A DNA stretch of 64,000 nucleotides from Vicugna vicugna (lineage: Eukaryota): the NCBI GenBank assembly GCA_013265495.1, contig MU057865.1, forward strand, positions 930,001-994,000. Reading direction: 5' to 3'. The translations under genes were made by a program, and so were the position numbers. Shown piece by piece: positions 1 to 10,800 of the stretch. The notes under the pieces are model-generated. The model saw only the letters and a list, made by a program, of their open reading frames with translations. It had not been told where the DNA came from and searched no databases. Position 1 is the first letter of the stretch; each line of letters opens with the position of its first letter.

Positions 1-730
1 GTTGTTTCTACTGGTCCTCACTCACAGTATTTTGTAAACTTGAGGGGGATACACTTATTTCTCTTAGAAAATGATGTAATTATTTGAAGATTAAGGTGAA
101 GATATGTTCTTCTAGGAAGCATTCTCATCTCTTTTTGGCCAGTGCATGTTGTGACCATAGGTACATTAAACTAAATTCATGGCTTGAACTTGGATCACCC
201 AGGGGATACAAATTCGTGCTCCGGTCTCAGCATTGCAAGATACGGTGATGAACTCTTCGGGATATGATTTCTTTTTTGATCTTCTCAGATGCAAGACATT
301 TTTGTCATTCCCTTGGTGTATGTGCTGAATGGGGAGTGAGAAACGCTAAATTCTGACTCATTCTTAGCTAAAGGGTGAAAGCCTTTGGGATCTAATTTTT
401 CAAGCAATTATGGCGCAGCTAGACTCCCTCCTTTGGGCAGGCCTTGAACTTTGTCTTGCTTCTTATGCCCTTCAGCAAATGCCTGGGTTGACTGGCTTCA
501 GATCTCAGCTTTGCTACTTACTAACCAGTCCTTGGTCAAGTTACATTTCTGTGCTTTAGTTGATTCAACTGTTAATGCTAAGGAAACAGTATACATATTG
601 GGCACGATCGTTGCATTACATGGGATAAGACATGTAAAGCTTATAGAAAATTCTGGACATATGAATAAGTATTCAATTAGTGATAGATGGATATAGCTTT
701 CGAGCCATAATACTTTAGGGTCTGGCATGT
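1..730 (-). mobile_element. Possible old L1 5'-region remnant
   Basis: Overall resemblance to antisense 5' regions of ancient L1M elements; no diagnostic ORF. Confidence 0.3.
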
Positions 731-2224
731 GAATTGCAAAACATAGAAAAATAATTCTAACACGCTGAACATGATATGCTGCATAAGTGTGATGCAGTCG
801 TTACGGAGTTTAAAAGAAAGAAAGGATATTTCACCAAAAGTTTCCACAAACACTTGCCAAGGAAAAAAAATCCATCATTATTGAAAAAATACTTATATTT
901 TTTCTGTATTAAAATATTATAGAGACAAAAATAGATAAGTCACTTAACCTTTCCCCAACCTTATTTAACAAGCCACAGAGATAAAGAGACACAACAGGTT
1001 TACAGGCAAGCAGACCCTCATTCACATGTTGCTGTAAGTGGTGGCTGTGAATATCTTGTTGTGGCCTGCAGTTTGTTTATTTTGTGGTCTTTGTATTTAC
1101 TTTTATACATGTATATATAAAGGAAGAGTATTGGAGTCTTTCCCCAAATGTACATTAAAAAATTGGACTTTAAGCTTTTAGAAAAGTCATGGACGTGTAC
1201 CCTTAAATATGGGGAAGAAGGAAAACTTTGTCTTATTCTATTATAATTATTGTTATTGCTTTTGGTCACAGCTTTGAAATTGCCAAGGGACTGGTTCTAA
1301 TGCAGCTCTGGCCACAGTGCCCTGGATGCACTCCTCTGGCATCTGCCTTTAATCACAGACAATATGGTTTGTGTTTAGAATCGAATGACTGTCATCATCT
1401 AGCACTAATGTTCTCTGTCACAGGGACTTAACAACCCATTTGGGGACCACTCTCGGAGACTTTCAAATTCAATATTCTCTCCAAACTCCTGGCTTTTCAT
1501 TAACTGTGCCATGTGGGTTTCCAACGCGAGATGCCCAACGGTATTATTTTTCTAAAGAGGTCATGGGAGAGAAATGTATTCTTTTTTTCAAGTGTATATT
1601 TCAGCACATCTAAACATGCAAACCCACACTAATTCCTGTGTAGAAGTCTGAGTTCACAGACAGCCCACATCCCGGACTCAATCTGATTTTACAATAGAAA
1701 AGTGCACATTCTTTTGGATTGCATAATATACAATTACCCAGCACATGACCGAACTGAATTACAAACTGTTGTTGATTTTCTGCAAGGAGCTTACTTGGCT
1801 CTTTGATATATATTTTCTCATTAGCTTCCCCCTGATTTATTTATGATATTGTTATGCATATAAAGGGCAGATTGCTGAAGTTCACATTGCAATGACCGAA
1901 TTAGCAGCTGAAAAATTCACGGTTCTGATGTGCAAATGATTCCCTGAGTGTTCTGAAGGCATGCTCCATTCTCCCCTATAATTGTGAAGCTGTCAATTCT
2001 ATCTTTACAACACCTCTCACATCTATCCACTCTTTACCTTTCCCATGGCCACCATTTCAGAATCTCATCATCTCTTGCCTGGAAAATTGTTATATTTTCT
2101 AATCATTTCCATGCCTACAGGCTAATCCCCTTGAAGTTCATGCTTTTTAGTGCTACAAGATTGATCGTCCCAAATCGCTACCCTGGTAATGTTACTTTCA
2201 AATGCAAGAGGAAAGATTAAAAAA

Positions 2225-2249
2225 AAGAAGAAGAAGAAGAAGAAGAAGA
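2225..2249. repeat. (GAA)n microsatellite in a purine-rich tract
   Basis: Direct tandem gaa repeats. Confidence 0.95.
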
Positions 2250-3769
2250 GGAAATGAAGGTAGAAACAGAAGGAAGGAAATAAAGTGAAAGGTGAGAGAA
2301 ACTAAAGATGCAAACAGATGTCCTTTCTCAAGGAAGGGACATGTGACAGTAGAAAGGTGGCGAATTTCTGTTCAGTTGATTTTTGCCTGATGCCACCTTT
2401 CTTTAATAGAACTCATTTTTATGCAGTTGGAATATAGGTCGATGATGGTTTCTGGAGTTACACACTCCAGTGGGATGGTTCTATTTAATCTGCCTAACTA
2501 GGTACTTCTCCACCTGCGTATGTCTCTGCTCGTCTAAACGGAAGGCTACCGTCATCACATTCAAGCACAGGACATTATAATTAGGCCAATTTCAAATATT
2601 TATGGGAAAAAGAAAAGTATTCTTCTCTGCCCCCCTGTCAGCAGGGACCATTATTGATCGGATAGTGATGAATTAGTGCGATGTGCTGGCAGGACTGGAG
2701 GGGGTGCGGGGGACCTACGCTGTCAGTGCCGATTACGCCACGTGCGTTTAAAACCTCAGGCATACGATGAGAGAAGAAAGTTGTTTAGCAGCGTCAGTTT
2801 TTCCCACAGTCTAAGAAACTGTCTGCATTAGGATATGGGAAAAAATACGGAGGCCATCACACATTGGAGGTAGAGGTGATGTCTTATTTTTTTTTTATGA
2901 TTCTCCAGGCCAATTTATGAAGAAGAGCCGTATAAGCAGCTTAAAAAAAAAAATCCAAATTGTAAGATGAAGATTTAATGCCTCGCAAAATCAAATTGGA
3001 AAAGTAGAAATCTTAAAAACTACATCTTTAAAAAAAATGAGGAAAATGAGGAACTGAAAATGTTATAGGAATTCAGTAACATTTATTGCATTTATAGCTA
3101 TGAAGGATACAAAACAATAAAATGTCTGAAAAGAGATCGGCAAACTGTTAGCTCCTCTCTCTCTTTTTTTTTTTAAAGTGATGGGTGAACTAGTTAAATC
3201 CCAAGGCTTTACCTATCTTTCCATAAAGTCATATTTCAAATAATAGAAACTGAAATCAAGAATGAGGCTATAGGAAGGAAAAGAACATACTTCTCTGATT
3301 AAAATAAATGTTACTATCTTGATCATCTTCATTCTAATGACACACATTTTTGAACATGAGGATGAAACACATGTTTATTTTTTTCACCACTGTATCTCTG
3401 TTGGCTCAAAGACAAGAATGTACCATTTATTCATTCATTACTATTTGCATGAATAAATGATTTAATTATATTGTGAGATGCACTGTGTCCTCACCATTCT
3501 CGTGGACAGATGAAGGATGGAGCCAAGCATCACTTTTATTTATGATGTACTGATTAGTTTAAAACACTTTCTGACAATTTTTTTTTGTATAAAATATATG
3601 TGAAAGTTAAGGAAGAGGAAATGTATGATTCTTCTACAGATTTTTTTAAGAGACTATATTTTGGTATTAGTGCTGGACACCAGTAGCTCTTATAATATAA
3701 ACAATCTATTGATTGCCATTTAAGATTAAAAATTGAGTCCACAGCAACCAAGATACCCTTTAGTAGATA

Positions 3770-4020
3770 GACGCATGAATCAACAACTGTAGGACTTATA
3801 TACAATGGAATATTATTCAGTGATCACAAGAAGTAAGCCATCGAGCCATGGGAAAAATAAAAACATGGAGGAAACAAATTCATATTGCTAAGTGAAAGAA
3901 ACTGGTGTGAAAAGGCTACATAATATATGATTCCAACTATACAATATTCTGGAAAAGTCAAAGACAGTAAAAAGATGAATGGCTGCTGGGGGGTTGAAGC
4001 GGGGGCTTGAGCAGGTGCTG
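3770..4020 (+). mobile_element. Old L1M 3'-end fragment
   Basis: tatacaatggaatattattcagt...ctaagtgaaagaa...tatatgattcc...ggaaaagtcaaagac, typical of the L1 ORF2 end and 3'UTR. Confidence 0.75.
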
Positions 4021-4102
4021 CTTGTGAGCAGTAGATGCCAAAACATATCATTTCTCCTGCATGAACACTCCATCACTAACGCAAAGTCAGTTGAGTTTGT
4101 GC

Positions 4103-4596
4103 TGCGAATGAAAAATACTGCAAGCCGTATCAGTAAACCAAGAACGCTGAAGCCATCGAGTCATCCGCGGCTGCCGCCACCCACCAGTCAGGACGAGCCC
4201 GCAGCCAGGCCTCTGCAGCCACTCACAAGGGTGCACCCTGAGGGGACTCAGAACAAGAAAGGACAGGACACTGGCCCTAGATAGCGAGGTGCTTGTCAAA
4301 GGAAAGAATTCAATGAGCCCAAATGCTTGCTCCCTCCCATACATAGAAAAGCGCTAAACTCTTCAACATGAGATGCCTGGTTTTCCTTAGGTAACAAGCA
4401 ATCTTTTATTGTTCCAACTACCTGGTCTGTGTTGGAAAGCTCCTGTATATCCTAGCTCCTCCCTACCTCTTCGGAGCAGCCCCTCAGAGCATCTGAGAGG
4501 CTGTCATCCGGGGCTGGAAGGGGTTCGAGTCCTCAGAAATGTCCCCCAGACAAAACACGACTCAGCCTTTAGGCTGTGCGTTTATTTCAGTCGACC
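4103..4596 (+). mobile_element. Solo LTR, ERV1-like, about 494 bp
   Basis: Starts TG and ends ...cagtcgacc (CA terminus altered); 4-bp direct repeat GTGC at 4099-4102 and 4597-4600; TATA-like gtatat near 4445. Confidence 0.8.
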
Positions 4597-5800
4597 GTGC
4601 TAAGTCCTACTTATAACAGTCGCGCTCAGTAACTGCAAGTCTTAACAAAGGAGTGTCCAGCTAATTGTGAGAGAGACGCTGTATAAGAAAAGGCAAGAAT
4701 CTCGGCATCTTATAATTTTTTTCTCTCCATGTTAAAGGAATCAGCAATGCTGAGTGTGGCATATATCAAAGAAAAATACCTCCAGTCAGAAAATGCTCCG
4801 TCCAAGTGAAGGCTTTGCTTTTCTGTCTTGAGAAACTGGCAAATGAATGCCATTTCCTCGGCTTGAATTTAAACTGTGCCAAGAACACAAGAATCTTTTC
4901 CATGATTCCCAACTTATCTCAACTTTTTCTATTATTTGACCAAATACAGATCTCAAATATGTTGAATAGGAGAATTTCTATTACATGTTGCATGTTGTAT
5001 CTAATATTTATTTTGTTGAAGAAGCCAAACAAAAAAGTACCAGTAGAATGTGTGCAGGGGGGCTGGGGAGGGTACATTTCTCAATTTTCTGCCTTTCATT
5101 TCTGGGGAAAATGAAAACAAGATATTACCACTTGCTTAGTGACAGATACTAAAATGGAAGGGGAATGATTAATAGGAATTAGCTTCTATGAAAGTTGCTT
5201 TCAAGCTGTGGGCAGCACAACTCCAGGAAATCTTAGGAGCTTTCTTGTGGGACAGAAGTGGGGGGCGGGGAGGGGAAGGAGCAGAGAGCATTTGCAGGAG
5301 GCTGAAGACTTGGCATTTGCTGTAACAGAACAGCTCCATTTGCTTGTTTTGTATTTTACATGTACTCATATGATTCTGCTCAAACCAATGTTTTCCTGGC
5401 TGAAAATTAATTAGGAAACTGTTGGTCTAGAGATTACGCTTTGAAAACTCAACCTAATATATTAAAGGCACATGTCACAAAATCAGCTGCAGGAACAACC
5501 AGGTAAAAAAATGAAAAGAACAGTGCGAGAGAATGCTAATAAAAGTGGGATAAAGGCAAAAAGTGTTAAATGGATTTAACAAATGTATGTTCAAGAAAAA
5601 CTATTGCAGAAAAATAAGACTTCCAACAAATGAGAACAGTCACTGAAAAGCAATACTTTTAAAATTGTTGAGATATTAGACTCACTTAAATCAGTTTAGC
5701 AAAAACATGAAAGAAATTTAAATTTCATCCATAGGAAGGATCTTTTAAAATATCTTTTTATTATATACTTGTGGAACTTATACCTATACGTATAATACCG

Positions 5801-5826
5801 TATGGAATTATACGTATAATTCCATA
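5801..5826. repeat. Perfect 26-bp palindrome TATGGAATTATACGTATAATTCCATA
   Basis: Sequence equals its own reverse complement. Confidence 0.95.
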
Positions 5827-6214
5827 TGACATCATTTTTATACAAACAATAAAATTTAGTTACATTTTAAAGAAATCATTGAAAATTTAATTTACATATT
5901 TTTTTTTAATTTAAGGAAGACCAAAGCAAATAATAAAGGAATATTTATTCCTTTAATAAAGGAAATTTATTCCTCTAAAATAAAGGAAACAAAAATAGGT
6001 TAAAAGTGTGTTGAATGTAGCATTACCGTAATAGGCAATTATTGTAACAGACAAGAAATATAAGATACATGCTAAAGCTTTTAGATTCAAAGGCATTGAA
6101 GGCTAGGGTGAGGAGATATGCATACATCCCACACCATCTTTTGGGTCAGGTTCACACACCTTGGCCTCACATTTGGTATTTTCCATTAACTGACCCAGTT
6201 TTCATCCTTTGCTC

Positions 6215-6800
6215 TTATTGAACAATAGTTATTAATTACTCACTATGTGCAGAGCAGTGTAGGGAATGATGAACATTTGTGTTACTCATTTTATATCAAA
6301 TTGTGACAAGATTCTTCCCACATGAAGCTCCTATTCAAGTGAATGTAAAAGACATGGCATAAATAAATAGAAGAATTGGTAACTAACTCCCATTTGTGGT
6401 AAATTCCCCAAAAAAGATAAAGTATTGAAGGAGTGCTTGACAGGAGTGGACCAGCTTCCATCTGATCATTGTGGAAGTCCTTTCCAAAAAGGGGAAGGTG
6501 ATACAAAACACACACTATCGTGGTGATCCAGCCAGTGAAGAAGATGGAGTGAAGTGCATCTGGCAGAGGGTACCTGGTAGGCACAGGCACTGAGGATGCA
6601 GAATCAAGGGAGGACCCAGTGGCTGGGTGTGGGAAAGGATACAGGAGTTGATGAGATGCTGGGGAAGTAAACAGGGGCCAGATTATACAGGGTCTCGTGG
6701 GCTTTGGTTCTATTGCAAAGTTCATGGAAAGCCTTGAAACGAATCACTTGCTCCAGTGTCTGTTTTTCAAAGATGACTCTGACTGCTGTGGGAAGTACAG
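6215..6800 (-). mobile_element. L2 remnants
   Basis: ggggccagattatacagggtctcgtggg...gactctgactgctgtgg resembles antisense L2. Confidence 0.55.
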
Positions 6801-6849
6801 ATGGTGGTGAGGAAAATGTGGCTGTCTCAGGGCACCCCTCTCTGGCCCC

Positions 6850-8230
6850 CGATAACATCTGTTATGTTGATCCCTTCCACCTGACTCTTCACATGGGCTT
6901 CTCTATATTTTGTCTTCCAGCCAAAGGTGCTTTTCTCTCTGCACACACTATCCCTTGAAAACCCCACCTACTGTCATGGTTTTAACACACACCTTAGCAT
7001 AATGATTTCTAAATCTAAATCTTCTAGACAGACATCCTCCCAGCTTCTGGCATGTACATCTGCTTTCTGCCTGAACATATTCATCTGAATATCCATGGAT
7101 GGCTAAAATTCAACTGCCCAGAATAGAATTAATTCTTTCATCCTACTTAGACTGATGCTCATTTATTCTCTGTCACAATTTCAGGAACGTAAAATAAGAA
7201 TTGTCAGTCCAAACCCAAACATGAAATTCATTTGGACTTCACCCTCCCAACGTATCTAACAGATCATGAATTCCAAGGTAATTCTTCTTGAATCCTTCTG
7301 CTTGTCTTCCACCCCACCATAAAGGCTCCAGTTCAGGAACTTACTGGCTCCCGTTGGTCTTCGTAACCCTCACGCTTTCCTTTTGTTCCTTTGCAGCTAG
7401 ACTCACCCATCTCAATAGCATCCTGTAGGAGTCTTTTGAGCTTTCAAAATTCAACTTGAAAACAAAGCCCAAGAAGGAATCCACAAAGCTGTCCAAGATG
7501 AATCAGAGGCAGTGGAGGGTTTTCTAAAGAGCGAATCACTAGAGGATTTCCCAGTCATCTCTGACAAACCCTCTTCTCCTTGTCCCCAATGTCACTGACT
7601 TTGTATAGACTTGGACTCTTGCCAGAGTCACCCAGTACATATGGTCGATCCATTTAGTCTCCAGTCCATTCTCCGTGCATAAATGCATACCATTGATTAC
7701 AATCCTAAATGTAAAATCTTGTTTAATGTCTTCTTATTTTATATGAGTTCAGGTCCAAACACCCTAGCTTGTCTCCAGGATGCGCTTTGTCTCACAGTAC
7801 TAGCCCTGGATTCTGACTCTCCTGTCTTCCACTGTTACCTTCACTCAGACCAAACCAGGGGTCTGGTGTTACCTGGACCCTCATGTTCATTCATCCCTTT
7901 CTGAACATACACATATACTCTCATTCTACAGGCAAACATAATAATATATCAAGAGCAACTCAAATGTGCCTTCTGTTGTGGGATTCTTCCCCTTGTCAGA
8001 GTATGTCTGCAGTGGACTGCCGTGGGGTCACAGAGAAGCCCACACTGCATAGCGTGCCTCACCCTGAGCTACATTACAGAATTACAAGACCATGGGCTGT
8101 TTAAAGCCAAGCACCACGTTGTGTCTTAGTTGTACGTTGAAAGTTACATAGCACAGTGTTTTGTCATTTTAAAAGTGTGTAACACGTGTTTGTGGAATGA
8201 ATGAATAAATCAGTGGAAAAATGAATGAAT
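6850..8230 (+). mobile_element. Fragmented L2 remnants ending in a gaatgaatgaataaat tail
   Basis: L2-like pyrimidine-rich segments; (tgaa)n L2 3' tail near 8195-8230. Confidence 0.5.
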
Positions 8231-8799
8231 AAAGATGACTGTAATCATAAAATTAAGAATACATTTAAATATACTTGCTTAAAAGGAGTAGAGAAAATAA
8301 TGAGAATTGTAAAAATGAGAATAATTATGTGAAAAAATGCCTATCAGTGGTTGAAAACATCAAGATCAAGATCAAAGCAAATAGGGCAGAAAAAATTTAA
8401 TGCTTTACCGGTGAGATAAAACAGAGTGGTAGGGGTAGGCAGATCAAATTGGTTACACAGAAAAGCTATAACACGTGACATATAGGTAGAAATTACAAAT
8501 ATATCAGAAAGAGGCAAAATATGAGACTAGAGAAAGAGAAAGGGAATGTAAAGAAACACGCTAAGAGAATTCCCATTATTGAGAGAGAACACGTGAGTTG
8601 TGGGGTTTCAGTTGAGGCATTTTAAAAAGCGATATAAACCAATTTTGATTAGGCTATTTTAGTGAATAATTTGTTCTCTGTCTCTACAGAAATGCAAACT
8701 CATTTATAGCCTTGATTGGCACTTTTGTTTCTGTCTTTGCTGAGTGAAAATTGGTTTAATTTTTTAAAATAATTTTTGTTTAAAAAAAAATCACCACTA

Positions 8800-9480
8800 C
8801 AGAAATCTTTGACTTATAATACAAAAAATGTTATTATTTTCCTAAAGCTCTTGATAGTGAGTTGCCAACTTGATGCTCCATTCCCCCAAAATATAATTGC
8901 GTGTGTTGCCTATGGACCAGGACATCCTCTGTTACAGCCACAACATAATATTTAAAATAAAGACTCAGTATAGATAATTTCTGCCGTCCACTCTCCAGAC
9001 CCATTCAGAGCTTGCCAATTGCCCCAGTAATGTCCTGCTTGGGGAAAGGATCCACTGAGAATCATGAGCTCAGTTGTCATATCTCTTTGGACTTCTTCAA
9101 TCTGGAAGAGTTCTGTAGCCTCCTGCCTGTTTTTTGGACATTTTGAAACTTTAGTGTTTTGAAGATTATGAAATTATTTCATAAAATTTAGGTTTGTATG
9201 ATTCTTCCTTGTAATTGGGTTCAGATTATGATTCCTTAGCAGGAAAATTATAGTAAAGTTGTCAACTTCTCATTGCATCCTATCAAATTGTGTATAATTT
9301 GTATTCATCCCATAACTGATAATGTTCCTTTTGATCACTCGATTAAGGTGCTGGCACCCAGGTTTCTCCAAGTAGTTACTCTCCCCTTTTGCAGTTAATA
9401 AGTATTCTGAGTGATGATACTTTGTAACAATATACATTGTCTTCAAATGTGCCCTCTTTAAAAATTTATATCTTAATGCA
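8800..9480 (-). mobile_element. Old L1MC-type 3' UTR fragment
   Basis: ggacatcctctgttacagccacaaca...ttgatcactcgattaaggtg...gatactttg resembles antisense L1MC 3' ends. Confidence 0.6.
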
Positions 9481-9633
9481 CTCACAGTTTGTTATGTTAT
9501 TTAATGGAGCCATCAGAACCTGTTACAGATACAAATTCGCAAGCCACATCCCAGATTTACCTAACTGGAAACTGTTGGTGAGATCCGTGTTTTAACTATT
9601 AGCCTTGCAGATTAGAAGTTTGCCATCATGCAC

Positions 9634-9953
9634 TGACACCACGATATTTCTGGTCCAGACTAAATAAGGACAAAAATCCCTCCTCCCTTTGGGAAGGTAG
9701 AGTTGGGATGATAATCAGGGAACGCGACCCCAAACCTTTCCCTCCCCAATGAATATTCCACCCATTCATTTTTACACCCTATGTAACCAACTTGCCAAAG
9801 AAACTCAGGGCAGCTGCTCACCTGAGCCTGCCTGCCCTCCCCTTTGGAGTGTACCATCCATCCCTGAAAAAATCCTCACTTTACTTTCTTCACCTCCAGG
9901 TCTCATCTCTGAATTCTTTCTGTGATGAGACAAGGTCTTAATCGCTGGCAACA
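9634..9953 (+). mobile_element. ERV1-like LTR fragment
   Basis: Ends ...tgaattctttctgtgatgagacaag...ggcaaca; TATA-like ccctatgtaacc; no matching TSD found. Confidence 0.6.
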
Positions 9954-9974
9954 ACTCCACTCAATTTATGGTAT

Positions 9975-10105
9975 TTTCGTACCATACAGATGAAATTGAG
10001 ACTCAGGGCTAAGAATTACCTTAGCCCAATTCATACAGCCAGTAAGTGGGAAAGCAAACATTCAGACTTAGCCTCTGTAACTCCAGAACTTTGGCTCTTA
10101 GCAAT
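9975..10105 (-). mobile_element. MIR SINE fragment
   Basis: acagatgaaattgagactcag...gcccaattcatacagccagtaagtgg MIR core. Confidence 0.75.
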
Positions 10106-10354
10106 AACCCTCCATCTCTTTTCACTCACTTCTTATGTGTGACTCTTGTCTTTTGTGGGTTCATTTTGTTCATTTAAACACGCCTTGATTATAATAGGCA
10201 TTGTACTAGGTTTCAGCCGTGCAGGAATTAAGAGAACAAACTAACATGATCAAAGATTCAGAAGCCCAAAGGGGGGCTTCCCTTCAAATGGGGAAAACCC
10301 AGGGTTGGGTGGCATATTAAAGGTCTAATACCACACTGAGACTCGGTGAGGAAG

Positions 10355-10550
10355 AATGGAGTAAATAGCTCAGAATTTGGAGTCAGGCAGAAGCTGGATG
10401 AATCCTGACCTTGCCAATATCTCTCCAATTTCTTCAACTATAAAATGGAAAAAATAAAAATTTCTGTGAGATTGAAATGATGAAAAGTAGCATCACTGTT
10501 AAAAAATAATGCATCATGCCTGGCACGTGGAAGACGCTTATTAAATTAAA
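10355..10550 (+). mobile_element. MIR SINE fragment
   Basis: ttggagtcaggcagaagctgg...ctataaaatgga...gcctggcacgtgg. Confidence 0.7.
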
Positions 10551-10669
10551 TTAACATGGCTCCAAGTCTCCAAATCCTCTTGCATGAGATCGTCTTCTCC
10601 CAGGTGTAAGGGAGACTGGGGCAGGGAGGCAGACAGGAGCAGGAGACATTTGGATAAACTTGAGCGTCT

Positions 10670-10800
10670 TCTTCAGACTGGCATCATTGGTCTAAGAGAT
10701 TGTGAGAAATGCAGACTTTTGAGTTCCACCCCAGATTTCGCATTTCAACAAGAATCCCAGGTAATTTTCATGTTCAACAATGTTTAAGTAGCTGTTCTTA
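10670..10800. mobile_element. MER5-like hAT DNA transposon fragment
   Basis: gaaatgcagact...ccacccc...gcatttcaacaagaatcccaggtaatt. Confidence 0.6.

Noticed and set aside
1925..1938. 14-mer ctgatgtgcaaatg identical to 34021-34034
   Set aside because: Several exact 14-mer matches are expected by chance in 64 kb of AT-rich DNA
5249..5280. G-quadruplex-like G-run cluster
   Set aside because: Isolated, common motif with no supporting context
6291..6725. 144-aa minus-strand ORF
   Set aside because: Overlaps decayed L2 sequence; no recognisable intact protein motif or splice structure
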